From assembly GCA_958296135.2 (NCBI GenBank), contig CATQHZ020000001.1:1920001-1984000 (forward strand): 64,000 bases of DNA. Reading direction: 5' to 3'. Below the pieces are notes generated by a model. It searched no databases. It was not told where the DNA came from and saw only the letters and a program-made list of their open reading frames with translations. A program made the translations under genes and the position numbers. Position 1 is the first letter of the stretch. Each line of letters starts with the position of its first letter. This DNA comes from an uncultured Poribacteria bacterium (GTDB lineage: Bacteria; Poribacteria; WGA-4E; WGA-3G). This document shows positions 31,905-41,014 of the stretch, in pieces.

Positions 31905-31970
31905 ATTAATGTCTCCGACTTGCCGTAAGTTGGATGCGTAACACCGTAACTCAAACCGGAGGTTTTCATT

Positions 31971-32387
31971 ATGAGAACCCATAATCTCTTTATCAGTCAT
32001 TCTTGGGCTTATAGCGATACATACAATCGGCTCGTCAATTTGCTTGACGCGAGGCCCTATTTTCGCTACCGCAACTACTCGGTGCCCAAAGATAATCCGC
32101 TGCACACCAGCGGCACTGACAAAGCACTCTATAATGCCATTAAAAATCAGATAGCCCCTAGTAGGGTTATCCTGATATTGGCCGGGGTTTATGCAAGTTC
32201 AAGTTACAGCAAATGGATTGACAAAGAGATCCAGATTGCTAAGACTGAATTCCAAACCCCGAAACCGATTATTGCCATTGAGCCGTGGGGCAGTCAACGG
32301 ACATCTGTGGCAGTCAAGAATGCCGCCGATGCAATCGTCGGTTGGAATACGGAGAGTATCGTCTCCGCGATCCGGAATCTATCATGA
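31971..32387 (+). CDS. TIR-like protein (MTH538/DUF1863, ThsB-like)
   Basis: LFISHSW, NYSVP, WIDKEI with the catalytic Glu, KPIIAI, IVGWN. Confidence 0.88.
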   Translation: MRTHNLFISHSWAYSDTYNRLVNLLDARPYFRYRNYSVPKDNPLHTSGTDKALYNAIKNQIAPSRVILILAGVYASSSYSKWIDKEIQIAKTEFQTPKPIIAIEPWGSQRTSVAVKNAADAIVGWNTESIVSAIRNLS

Positions 32388-32866
32388 AAATGGATAGTAA
32401 ACAACAAGAATTGCTGGAGATCTATAAACTCCACGCGCAACTCGCGGATAACGTGAGCAATAGGCGAGCAACAGCAAATCGCTTCTACATGCTAGTTTTG
32501 TCGGGATTAGTCGTCCTCTTCTCCGCGCTGACCCAACGTCAAAACGGCATCCCACTTGGCTGCCTGATGGTAGGCTTCGGGCTATTCGGCATGCTTTTGG
32601 CGGCGGCATGGTATGTCGTCATCCGTTCTTACCGCCAATTGAACACCGGCAAATTTCTGGCGTTGCATGAATTGGAAGCGCAACTTGCATATCCGTTTTT
32701 CAAACGCGAATGGGAATTGCTTGAGGAAGGCGAGAAGCAGCGGACCTATTGGAAATTGACCGTTGTCGAAACCTTTGTCCCTGCTATTTTCTTTATCTGT
32801 TTCGCAGTCCTGTTGGGTATTGGAATTTACCTGCTGATTGCAAATGGGGCAGCTGGCGCGCCATGA
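32384..32866 (+). CDS. Small 3-TM membrane protein, RipA-like
   Basis: ATGA overlap with the TIR stop; LEIYKL..ADNVSNRRATANRFY, SYRQLNTGKF..LE and LTVVE motifs; three hydrophobic segments. Confidence 0.72.
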   Translation: MKMDSKQQELLEIYKLHAQLADNVSNRRATANRFYMLVLSGLVVLFSALTQRQNGIPLGCLMVGFGLFGMLLAAAWYVVIRSYRQLNTGKFLALHELEAQLAYPFFKREWELLEEGEKQRTYWKLTVVETFVPAIFFICFAVLLGIGIYLLIANGAAGAP

Positions 32867-32891
32867 AAATTAAGAAGGTGGAGAAACACCC

Positions 32892-33197
32892 ATGAGCAAA
32901 CTCCCAAAAAATCTACCGCCACGCGACCCGCAGGCACTGACTTTCCCAACCGTGTGGAAAGAATCCTATTTTATGAGAAACTTCAATGAGAACTGGGGCG
33001 GCTATGTCTGTCCAGACTGCGATAAGGTTTTCCTTGGCCCCGCAGACTTTCGGCGGCTTGAAGCCGAGCATATAAAACCGCAAGCAGATGGTGGGTTAAC
33101 AGTGTGGGAAAACCTTATTTTGCGATGCAAACCGTGTAGTCTCGCGAAGCGTAAAGAACAGCGTGCTGTCGCCAAGCTTTCTAACGCCCAATTTTAA
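32892..33197 (+). CDS. HNH endonuclease-like protein
   Basis: CPDC...EHIKP..DGG...ENL...CKPC. Confidence 0.8.
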   Translation: MSKLPKNLPPRDPQALTFPTVWKESYFMRNFNENWGGYVCPDCDKVFLGPADFRRLEAEHIKPQADGGLTVWENLILRCKPCSLAKRKEQRAVAKLSNAQF

Positions 33198-33199
33198 AC

Positions 33200-33228
33200 T
33201 TGCCAAAAATTCGGAATTAGGGTAAAAT
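33200..33228 (+). promoter_or_regulatory. Promoter upstream of 33255
   Basis: TTGCCA-N17-TAAAAT. Confidence 0.55.
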
Positions 33229-33254
33229 CTTAACGTAATTCCAAAATCTCCGCG

Positions 33255-33566
33255 ATGGAGGCAAACATGCTCAACTTTTTCAACAGTCTCTTTCGTAAAG
33301 AGACACCTCAACCCGAGGCTGATGTCTTGAACTACATCCCTTTCCAATTCGTGAAGGATTGGGAAAAAGGCGATAAAATCACCGTAGCTGGCGAACCTGC
33401 GACAATCTACGATGTTGTTCCTCGTAAGAGCCCCGCAGGAAAAACAGTTGCATCCATCGGTGTGATGTACGACGATGAGCCCGGCGTTGTTCGGCTCGTT
33501 GATTTTGATTTTCATCTCCTCAAACAGGAACACAGACACTCACCAGCGGCCGCGCATGGGAGATAA
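33255..33566 (+). CDS. Hypothetical protein
   Basis: ORF after a promoter; a GGAGG suggests the true start is ATG 33267. Confidence 0.55.
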   Translation: MEANMLNFFNSLFRKETPQPEADVLNYIPFQFVKDWEKGDKITVAGEPATIYDVVPRKSPAGKTVASIGVMYDDEPGVVRLVDFDFHLLKQEHRHSPAAAHGR

Positions 33567-33656
33567 CTCCCTCGGCCGCTCAAGTGAGGATCGGGTTTCC
33601 TATGCAATAGTTTTTAGGCAGTCCTCTCCTCAACCGACAATCCACGGGAAATCGAA

Positions 33657-34541
33657 ATGGAAAAACAAGATCGAGCGGTATTGTGGAAAGAGTTATCCCA
33701 GCAGATTGCCTCTTGCACTTTTTCCAAAGCAGACTTAAGGACGCTTTGTGAAAGACTGCAAGAGGCAAGTTGCGAAGCAGCGGATGAGGAGATAAGCCAT
33801 TACACGCCGCAGGACCGACCTGCGGAACAGATTCTCGTAGATAAAGAATTGCTCAAATCGGGATTTGAACTCAAGGTAACCGTGAGCGGTATGAACGACG
33901 AAACGGTCTTGGGCACAATTTCTATGGTGTTTGACTCTGCCCGTTTTCCGGAAAAAATTAAGAGTCTTTACATCAACAGCGGACAAGAGTTAAGAAGTCT
34001 ACACAATTGGGTCCCACGGAATCGTTTTGAGTTGGTCTTAGATTTCACCAAACCCGAACTCTTCAATTTCTTACTGTCGCCCTCCGGGCCTACTCCAAAC
34101 GCAAGCAATATTTTTGTTACCGGCCTGAATTCTACTTGGGTTAATGGAGTCTATAGGGAGGTTGCGGCTTTCGTTAGGGAACGAAAAACGCATCGCCGAC
34201 TCCTCCACAGAAACGGGGTTTATGATTTGTGCCTGCTCTGCGGAGGCATCCCCTTCGCCTTTTCGATCGCCGCTAAACTCTCCGATATCATGAACACGCT
34301 GTTCGGCGAACTCTCCGGACTGCTGCACAGTGCCGCGCAAGTATACGTTTTCTTCATTGCACTCAACTTGTTCAGAATTTTGTTTGATTATGCCCGATGG
34401 ATATTCCCTCTCGTAGAATATCATGACCCGACTGGAACAGCTCTTAAACATAGAGTCGTTTTAGGAGTACTCATCCTCGGCGTTCTGGGAAATTTCATCC
34501 ACGATTTGCTCAAAATTATCCCCACGTTCCTAACCCCCTAA
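33657..34541 (+). CDS. Hypothetical protein, soluble N-domain plus about 3 C-terminal TM helices
   Basis: 294-aa lower-GC ORF with hydrophobic C-terminal segments. Confidence 0.72.
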   Translation: MEKQDRAVLWKELSQQIASCTFSKADLRTLCERLQEASCEAADEEISHYTPQDRPAEQILVDKELLKSGFELKVTVSGMNDETVLGTISMVFDSARFPEKIKSLYINSGQELRSLHNWVPRNRFELVLDFTKPELFNFLLSPSGPTPNASNIFVTGLNSTWVNGVYREVAAFVRERKTHRRLLHRNGVYDLCLLCGGIPFAFSIAAKLSDIMNTLFGELSGLLHSAAQVYVFFIALNLFRILFDYARWIFPLVEYHDPTGTALKHRVVLGVLILGVLGNFIHDLLKIIPTFLTP

Positions 34542-34568
34542 AAAAAGCGTTTTTTTTGCTATTTTTAT

Positions 34569-34597
34569 TTGACAAACGCGCTTTTTTGTGGTATAAT
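34569..34597 (+). promoter_or_regulatory. Consensus sigma70 promoter for the DUF1156 gene
   Basis: TTGACA-N17-TATAAT with an extended TG. Confidence 0.8.
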
Positions 34598-34633
34598 TAT
34601 TAGTAATTTACGATTTTTCCCGAAACAGGGAGA

Positions 34634-37375
34634 TTGGGGTTATCAATAGTGGCGACAAGGGAAAGCGACAGACGCATCATCAAGGATGCCTCATTTCCAG
34701 TGAAGGCAGTCAGCGAACAAGGCTCCCACGACAAAAAGAAGCAAATTACGGGGCTCCACACGTGGTGGGCACGGAGACCTTTGGGTGCCTCTCGCGCCAC
34801 CTGCTACGCCGCACTCGTTTCTTCTACGAAGCAAACAGGACCTCTTAAACTCCGAAAACACCAATTCATCGCGGAACTCTCTAAATCAGAGAATCTCTCA
34901 AACCCTCTATGGATAACCTCAGCGCAAACAGATATTCTGGAGGAAGAACGGTTCGCGGGCGAAAACCCCAAGGTGCTTGATCCGTTCGGAGGAGCGGGAT
35001 CTATTCCTTTGGAAGCACAACGCCTCGGATGCGAAACCCACTCATGCGATCTGAATCCTGTCGCTGTTCTGATTCAGAAGTGCCTCCTTGAATATCCACA
35101 AAAGTATGGGGACTGTCTCCACGAGGATGTTCAGAAAATGGGGGAACAAATCCTCAACGAGGTGACGAACGAATTAAACTCGTTTTACCCGAAAGACCCC
35201 GATGGTTCTTCCCCTATCGCCTATATCTGGGCGCGTACGCTTCCTTGTCAGAATATCAGATGCGGTGCCGTCATTCCACTGATGAAACAGTTTTGGCTAG
35301 CGAAGAAAAAGAAAAAACGGGTTGCACTCTTCCCTTATGAGAATGAAGGACAGGTTGCTTTCCGAATCGTTGGTACAGGCACCCATGTAGCCTTGCCTGA
35401 GGGTTTCGACCCATCCAAGGGTACTGTCAGAAATGCAGTCGTTACCTGTCCTCTTTGCAAAAGCACTATCTCCGCTAAAGAAACGCGCGCGCTTTCAAAG
35501 GATAACGGAATAGGCGAACGGATTGTTGCCGTAGTCACCTTGCATCCTAACAAGAGAGGGAGACGCTACCGCCTTGCTACGGATGCCGACGCAGCTGCTT
35601 TTACCGCTGCACAACAGCAGCTTTCCAAAAAACGGGCGTTTCTGGCGAAGGACTGGGGACTCGATCCGGTTCCAGACGAAGCCACTCCTGAAGGAAGCAA
35701 ATGCGGCTATCGGGTCTCCAATTATAATCTCATCACCTATGGTTCGCTCTTCAACGCGCGCCAGCAACTTACTCTCGTGACCTTAATAGAGAAGATCAGA
35801 GCGGCACATTCAGAAATGTCCTGCGAAGAAGGTGACCGGGCGACTTACGCAGCCGCTGTCACTACGTACTTAGGACTTTGGCTGAATCAGATCCTCGATA
35901 TCTTCTCAAATCTTTGTCGATGGCGTAGCGATAGCGAAGCCGTTGTCGGAGTTTTCGGGAGATCGGGTGTACCCATGGTTTGGGATTACGCGGAGAGCCA
36001 TCTGGCACCCGCATCGGTTAACCGGCTAGAAGGTGTCTTAAACACAATTAAGTACCTTGCTCAAATACGCGCTAAGCCTGCCAAAGTCAAGCGAGCTTCC
36101 GCGGCCAATCTTCCTGTTGAACATTATCCCGACGCGTTTTTTGATGCAGTGCTAACCGATCCGCCCTATTACAATAACATTCCCTACGCGTACCTGTCTG
36201 ATTTCTTCTACGTCTGGCTCAAAAGAAGTATCGGTGCAATCCATCCGGAACTCTTTAAGACAGAGTTAACGCCAAAAAAAGATGAAATCGTCGCGTACAG
36301 CCACCGCGAAGGCGGGATGGAAGCCGGTAAGCGTTCTTTTGAGGAAGGCTTGCGTAAGGCTTTTGCCGAAATCCATAGGGTGCTGAAACCAAACGGAATT
36401 GCTGTCATCGTCTACGCGCACAAGTCAAATGAAGGCTGGGAGACGTTGATTAACGCGCTCCTTGATTCAGAGTTTGTCATTACGGCCGCGTGGTCCATTG
36501 AAACCGAGTTGAAAGGTCGCTTAGTTGCTCAAAATACTGCCTCGCTTTCTTCATCCATCTACATGGTAGCGCGAAAAAAAGTCCGTGAACCCCTTGGGAT
36601 GTACAAAGATGTCAGGGCAGAATTAGAGGAACACCTCAAATCACAGTGCTCAGCACTGTGGGAGTCGGGTATCTCTGGCGCAGACCTGTCTATCGCAGCA
36701 ATCGGAAGTGCCCTCCAGATATTCAGCAAGTATGAAGAAGTTATGGATTACGAAGGAACTCTCATCCGTGCTGAGAGTATCCTTACGGATATCCGAGAAT
36801 TGATTGCCGCTTACGATCCAGAAAAGATACATACCGGCACCTCGTCAGTATCCGCGGGTGGCCATGTATCTTCTTATGCTCAACGCATTGAAACAGAAGC
36901 GACACCACTAACTCGGTTCTACCACCTCTGGCGACAAGAGCATGGCGAAAAACGGATGCAGTTTGACGCAGCCAACCAGTTGGCGCGCTCACTCGGCATT
37001 GACTTGACAACTGAATGGGGAGAGCGGAAATTCTTATGTCAGGAAGGTTCATTCGTCCGTGTGCTAGGACCGCATGAACGCCATATTGACGATGTCACCG
37101 ATAGCGAGGAGTTGATAGACGTTTTGCACCACGCGCTTCTCCTATGGCGTTCCGGCAAACGTGAGGAGATGTTCCAATGCCTCGCCCGCAGCGAAGTGGG
37201 TGTCAATGAACTCTTATGGAACGTCGCGCAGGCGGTGAGTTTGGCTCTCCCGCTTGAGGCGGAAGAACGCCGATGGCTTGAAGGATGGCTCGCCGATAGA
37301 GAAACCATTAAGGCTGAGGTCTCGGCAATTCTGGAAAAGCCAGAACAGGAAACGTTATCGCTAAATGGCCAGTAG
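34634..37375 (+). CDS. DUF1156-type adenine DNA methyltransferase with Zn ribbon
   Basis: LHTWWARRPL, DPFGGAGSIP, DLNPVA, CQNIRC/CPLC, TDPPYY. Confidence 0.88.
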   Translation: MGLSIVATRESDRRIIKDASFPVKAVSEQGSHDKKKQITGLHTWWARRPLGASRATCYAALVSSTKQTGPLKLRKHQFIAELSKSENLSNPLWITSAQTDILEEERFAGENPKVLDPFGGAGSIPLEAQRLGCETHSCDLNPVAVLIQKCLLEYPQKYGDCLHEDVQKMGEQILNEVTNELNSFYPKDPDGSSPIAYIWARTLPCQNIRCGAVIPLMKQFWLAKKKKKRVALFPYENEGQVAFRIVGTGTHVALPEGFDPSKGTVRNAVVTCPLCKSTISAKETRALSKDNGIGERIVAVVTLHPNKRGRRYRLATDADAAAFTAAQQQLSKKRAFLAKDWGLDPVPDEATPEGSKCGYRVSNYNLITYGSLFNARQQLTLVTLIEKIRAAHSEMSCEEGDRATYAAAVTTYLGLWLNQILDIFSNLCRWRSDSEAVVGVFGRSGVPMVWDYAESHLAPASVNRLEGVLNTIKYLAQIRAKPAKVKRASAANLPVEHYPDAFFDAVLTDPPYYNNIPYAYLSDFFYVWLKRSIGAIHPELFKTELTPKKDEIVAYSHREGGMEAGKRSFEEGLRKAFAEIHRVLKPNGIAVIVYAHKSNEGWETLINALLDSEFVITAAWSIETELKGRLVAQNTASLSSSIYMVARKKVREPLGMYKDVRAELEEHLKSQCSALWESGISGADLSIAAIGSALQIFSKYEEVMDYEGTLIRAESILTDIRELIAAYDPEKIHTGTSSVSAGGHVSSYAQRIETEATPLTRFYHLWRQEHGEKRMQFDAANQLARSLGIDLTTEWGERKFLCQEGSFVRVLGPHERHIDDVTDSEELIDVLHHALLLWRSGKREEMFQCLARSEVGVNELLWNVAQAVSLALPLEAEERRWLEGWLADRETIKAEVSAILEKPEQETLSLNGQ

Positions 37376-37490
37376 GCGGGACATTCTTGTCCCGAACATT
37401 GTTCCGATAGGCGGGACATCCCTGTCCCGATATACACTGCATCGAGACCAGGAAGTCTCTCCTACAAGGAGGCAAGAATCGAGACTGGGA
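37372..37490. repeat. REP cluster (families C GTAGG.GGGACAT..TTGTCCCGA and B GTAGGAGAG.C.TCC.GGTCTCGAT)
   Basis: Two GGGACA..TGTCCC hairpins plus ATCGAGACCAGGAAGTCTCTCCTAC; the same families recur at 57960-58235. Confidence 0.8.
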
Positions 37491-37522
37491 GGGAGGAACA
37501 GAACGACAAGGAGAACGTAACT

Positions 37523-40033
37523 ATGGCATCTTTTGAAAAAATCGCCAAACCGCACAACGACATTCTCAGCGGTAATTTCACCTTGGAAACCTATGCCGCA
37601 AACCTCGGTGACGTAGTGAAGGGGCAAGGTCCTATTGAATATCGAAACGCGAATCGGTTTTTCAAGAAAACCTACATGACCGAGGGGTTAAAGGCGTTAC
37701 TTCAAGGCGTGGAACGCCGGTTGAAAGGGCGCGGCGGCGATGCAGTTATCCAACTGCAAACCCCCTTTGGCGGCGGAAAAACCCACACGCTGATTGCCCT
37801 ATACCACAAAGCACGCGAGTGGAAGACGAAGCCCATCGTCATTGCCGGTTCCGTCCTGGACGCAAAACGGACGCTTTGGGCTGAAATCGAAGTGCAACTG
37901 ACAGGTGAGGTGCAGCGTTTCAAAGGGCGCGTCGCACCGGGAGGAGAGGAAATCTCTGCCTTGTTCCGCCAAAGCGATGCTCCTGTGTTGCTCCTCATGG
38001 ACGAGATTCTCCACTACCTTACACGCGCGAACGCCATCTCCGTAGGAAAAAGCACCCTCGCTGAGCAGACGTTGACGTTCGTGCAATCGTTGACTGAATC
38101 GGCGGCATCCGCCAAAAACGTCGCTTTCATTGCAACGCTGCAATCTGAGGGACTTGAACGTTACGGAGAGAAAGCGGATGTACTCGCCTCCCGCTTTGAG
38201 AAAGTTATCGGCAGAGTGGAACAAGTGCGAACGCCTGTCACTGATACCGAAATCGCCAAAGTCATTCGGAAACGGCTTTTTGTCGAGGAGGAGATTGATA
38301 AGGCCGCAGTCAGAAAAGTGGTGCGCGCGTTTGCCAATTACGCGGCGGAAGAGAAGATTCTGCCACCCGGCGTTCAAAAATCGGAGTATCAGGAACGGTT
38401 CATGGAGAGTTATCCGTTCCAACCCGAAGTCATTGATGTCCTCTATCAACGGTGGGGTGGTTTTCCGACGTTTCAGCGGACGCGCGGCGTGCTGCGGCTC
38501 CTCTCCAATGTTGTCGCTCGCTCATGCAAGAAGAACCTGCCTTACATCACCCTCGCCGATTTCGATCTACGTGATGCGAACATCCGAGGCGAACTCCTAA
38601 AGCACGCGGGGAACGTGTTTAACAGCATCATCGCGAACGATATTACCGGCACGGATGCCGGCGCGAAAGCGGTAGATGCCGGACTCGGCGATACCCACAA
38701 AAACCTCGTATTAGGCACGCGCACAGCGACTGCCATCTTCCTTTACTCTTTCACAGGCGGACAGGAACGCGGCGCGACGATCGACCAGGTGAAGCGGAGC
38801 GCAGCACACCCTGACAATCCGTCTGCAATCATCGATTCGGCGATAAATCAGCTGAACACGCACCTCTTTTATCTGCGCACCGAAAACAGCAAATCCTATT
38901 TTGATACACAACCTAACTTAACGCGGATTGTGCAGATCCGGATGCAGAATCTTGAGCCGGAGAGAATCGCTTCGCGTGCTGATGCGCAACTCAAGAAGAG
39001 CTTCACCTCCCGAACCGGGGCGCGTATGAAGATGTTCATCGCACCGAAAAATGGAATGGACATCCCGGATACCCCAGAACTGAAATTGATTATCCTTCCG
39101 CAACGCGACGACGCGTTTTGTCAGACCGTGTTGGAAGCGCGTGGCGAAACCCCGCGCGTCTATCGCAACACCCTCTTCTTCCTCACCCCACCTGAGGAAG
39201 GCGCGAAACAACTGCAAACCGAGGTGAAAAGCGTTCTCGCCTACGAGGATATTCAGAAGGACCGCGGACTGAATTTATCCGCCGCCCAAACGAAAGAGGT
39301 AGTGGACAAATTGCGGCAAGCCGGTACTATACTAGACGAAGCAGTCCGCAACGATTACCGCACTCTTTTAATTCCTGCCAAAGACGGTTTTCGCGTGGAA
39401 GACCTCGGGCTGCCTGCACACGGTATGAACACGCCGTTTGACGCGAAAGTCTACGATCTGCTCCGTTCAAAAGAGGAAGTTCTGGAGACAATCGGCGAAC
39501 GCATCATCCTGCGGCACTACTTACGGGAACAGGATACACTTGAGACTGCCCGGTTACTCCACTCCAGTCTCCGCACCCCCGGTGAACCTCGCGTGCTCCG
39601 TGAGGCGTGGGTAAGGGGTATCCGCCAAGGCGTGCAGCAAGGACTCTTCGGCATCGGCGATAAGATGGGAGCTGAACTCATCCAACGCGCTTTCAAGCAA
39701 GAGGGAGCAGAAGTGACGCTTGGCGATAAAGAGGTGATTATCCATCCATCGCGTTGCAAACAGATTGTTCTGGAACCGAAACCGCCGCAACCTAAAGTAG
39801 CTCCGCCCGAAACAGATGAGGAAACTTTTGAGCCGCGACAATCGGTTCGTCTCCGGTTTACCGTGCCGAGTGGAAAGGTAAGCAACATGTCCCAACACGT
39901 CAACGCGTTGCAAGCGCAATTCAAAAACATTCGGATTGAATTGACAACTAGCGATGGCGAAATTTCCGAGACAGACTACGAACAACTTAAAGCAGATTTC
40001 CTTGCGTCAGGCATTGAGGTGGAGGAAGTCTAG
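37523..40033 (+). CDS. DUF499 AAA+ ATPase
   Basis: FFKKTYMTEG, LQTPFGGGKTH, LLMDE, YPFQPE, FQRTRGVLRLL. Confidence 0.88.
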   Translation: MASFEKIAKPHNDILSGNFTLETYAANLGDVVKGQGPIEYRNANRFFKKTYMTEGLKALLQGVERRLKGRGGDAVIQLQTPFGGGKTHTLIALYHKAREWKTKPIVIAGSVLDAKRTLWAEIEVQLTGEVQRFKGRVAPGGEEISALFRQSDAPVLLLMDEILHYLTRANAISVGKSTLAEQTLTFVQSLTESAASAKNVAFIATLQSEGLERYGEKADVLASRFEKVIGRVEQVRTPVTDTEIAKVIRKRLFVEEEIDKAAVRKVVRAFANYAAEEKILPPGVQKSEYQERFMESYPFQPEVIDVLYQRWGGFPTFQRTRGVLRLLSNVVARSCKKNLPYITLADFDLRDANIRGELLKHAGNVFNSIIANDITGTDAGAKAVDAGLGDTHKNLVLGTRTATAIFLYSFTGGQERGATIDQVKRSAAHPDNPSAIIDSAINQLNTHLFYLRTENSKSYFDTQPNLTRIVQIRMQNLEPERIASRADAQLKKSFTSRTGARMKMFIAPKNGMDIPDTPELKLIILPQRDDAFCQTVLEARGETPRVYRNTLFFLTPPEEGAKQLQTEVKSVLAYEDIQKDRGLNLSAAQTKEVVDKLRQAGTILDEAVRNDYRTLLIPAKDGFRVEDLGLPAHGMNTPFDAKVYDLLRSKEEVLETIGERIILRHYLREQDTLETARLLHSSLRTPGEPRVLREAWVRGIRQGVQQGLFGIGDKMGAELIQRAFKQEGAEVTLGDKEVIIHPSRCKQIVLEPKPPQPKVAPPETDEETFEPRQSVRLRFTVPSGKVSNMSQHVNALQAQFKNIRIELTTSDGEISETDYEQLKADFLASGIEVEEV

Positions 40034-40034
40034 C

Positions 40035-41003
40035 CTATCCAGTCAAATAACCTGCCACCACCTCCACCACCTGCGCAACAGCAATCCCATCAATTACCGC
40101 ACAACTGCCAGCACCGCATCCACCAGGATGCCGCCCCGGATGACACGGATTACATCCTAACTGCAGCCCACTCTGCACGACGGTGTGCTTCTCACCGTAG
40201 GGACCGCTTCGATGGTGGTTCGTTGAACCGAAAAGGGCAACCACCGGCGTATCCACCGCGGCGGCGATGTGCATCGGACCGGTGTCATTCCCAATGTAAA
40301 CGTCGCATTCCGCGATTAAGGCGGCAAGGTGACGCAGATTTCCTGTTTTGACGAGAATAGGTGAAGGATGCATCATGCTCGCTACCTGCGCTTGGAGTTC
40401 GCGTTCATCCGGCCCTGCGAAGAGGAGGATTGCGGCACCCAGTTTCTCATATAGGATAGTCGCGAGTTGCGCGTATTTTTGCGCCTCCCACAATTTGTAT
40501 ATCCAATTTCCACCGGGATGAATGCCGATGAAGCGTTGAAACCGGGAGGGCTCTCCTACAAGGAAGTGTCGCGCTTCGGTCTGTTCAGTTTCGGTGAGTT
40601 GGAGGTGAGGGCGTGCATCCGTTGTATCAACGCCGCGCCGCTGTAGCACTTCCAGATAGCGGGTGACAGCGTGGCGATTTCCGCTGCTGCGTCCCATTCC
40701 CCAATGTTCCGCACCGATGCATCTCGCCACAAAGCTGTCGCGGAGGTTGATAACGATGTTGAATTTTTCGCGGCGCAAGGTTCGGATGAGGCGCAGCCGG
40801 CCTCTCCAACCGGCATGTTCGCCGCGGTTGTCGTAAATGTGAACGGCATCGATTTGCGGTTCGGTAGTGAAGAGTGCCGCCGCACGCGGGCCAACAAGAA
40901 AGGTCAGATGCGCATCAGGAAAATGTCGCCGCAGCGGTTGGATAACGGCAGTGGAGAGCACGGCATCGCCAATGAAGGTGAAACTGAAGATGAGGATTTT
41001 CAT
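40035..41003 (-). CDS. Glycosyltransferase family 9
   Basis: FIGDAVLS, IHPGG, NDTGPMHIAAA. Confidence 0.9.
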   Translation of the reverse strand: MKILIFSFTFIGDAVLSTAVIQPLRRHFPDAHLTFLVGPRAAALFTTEPQIDAVHIYDNRGEHAGWRGRLRLIRTLRREKFNIVINLRDSFVARCIGAEHWGMGRSSGNRHAVTRYLEVLQRRGVDTTDARPHLQLTETEQTEARHFLVGEPSRFQRFIGIHPGGNWIYKLWEAQKYAQLATILYEKLGAAILLFAGPDERELQAQVASMMHPSPILVKTGNLRHLAALIAECDVYIGNDTGPMHIAAAVDTPVVALFGSTNHHRSGPYGEKHTVVQSGLQLGCNPCHPGRHPGGCGAGSCAVIDGIAVAQVVEVVAGYLTG

Positions 41004-41014
41004 TTGACTGCAAT

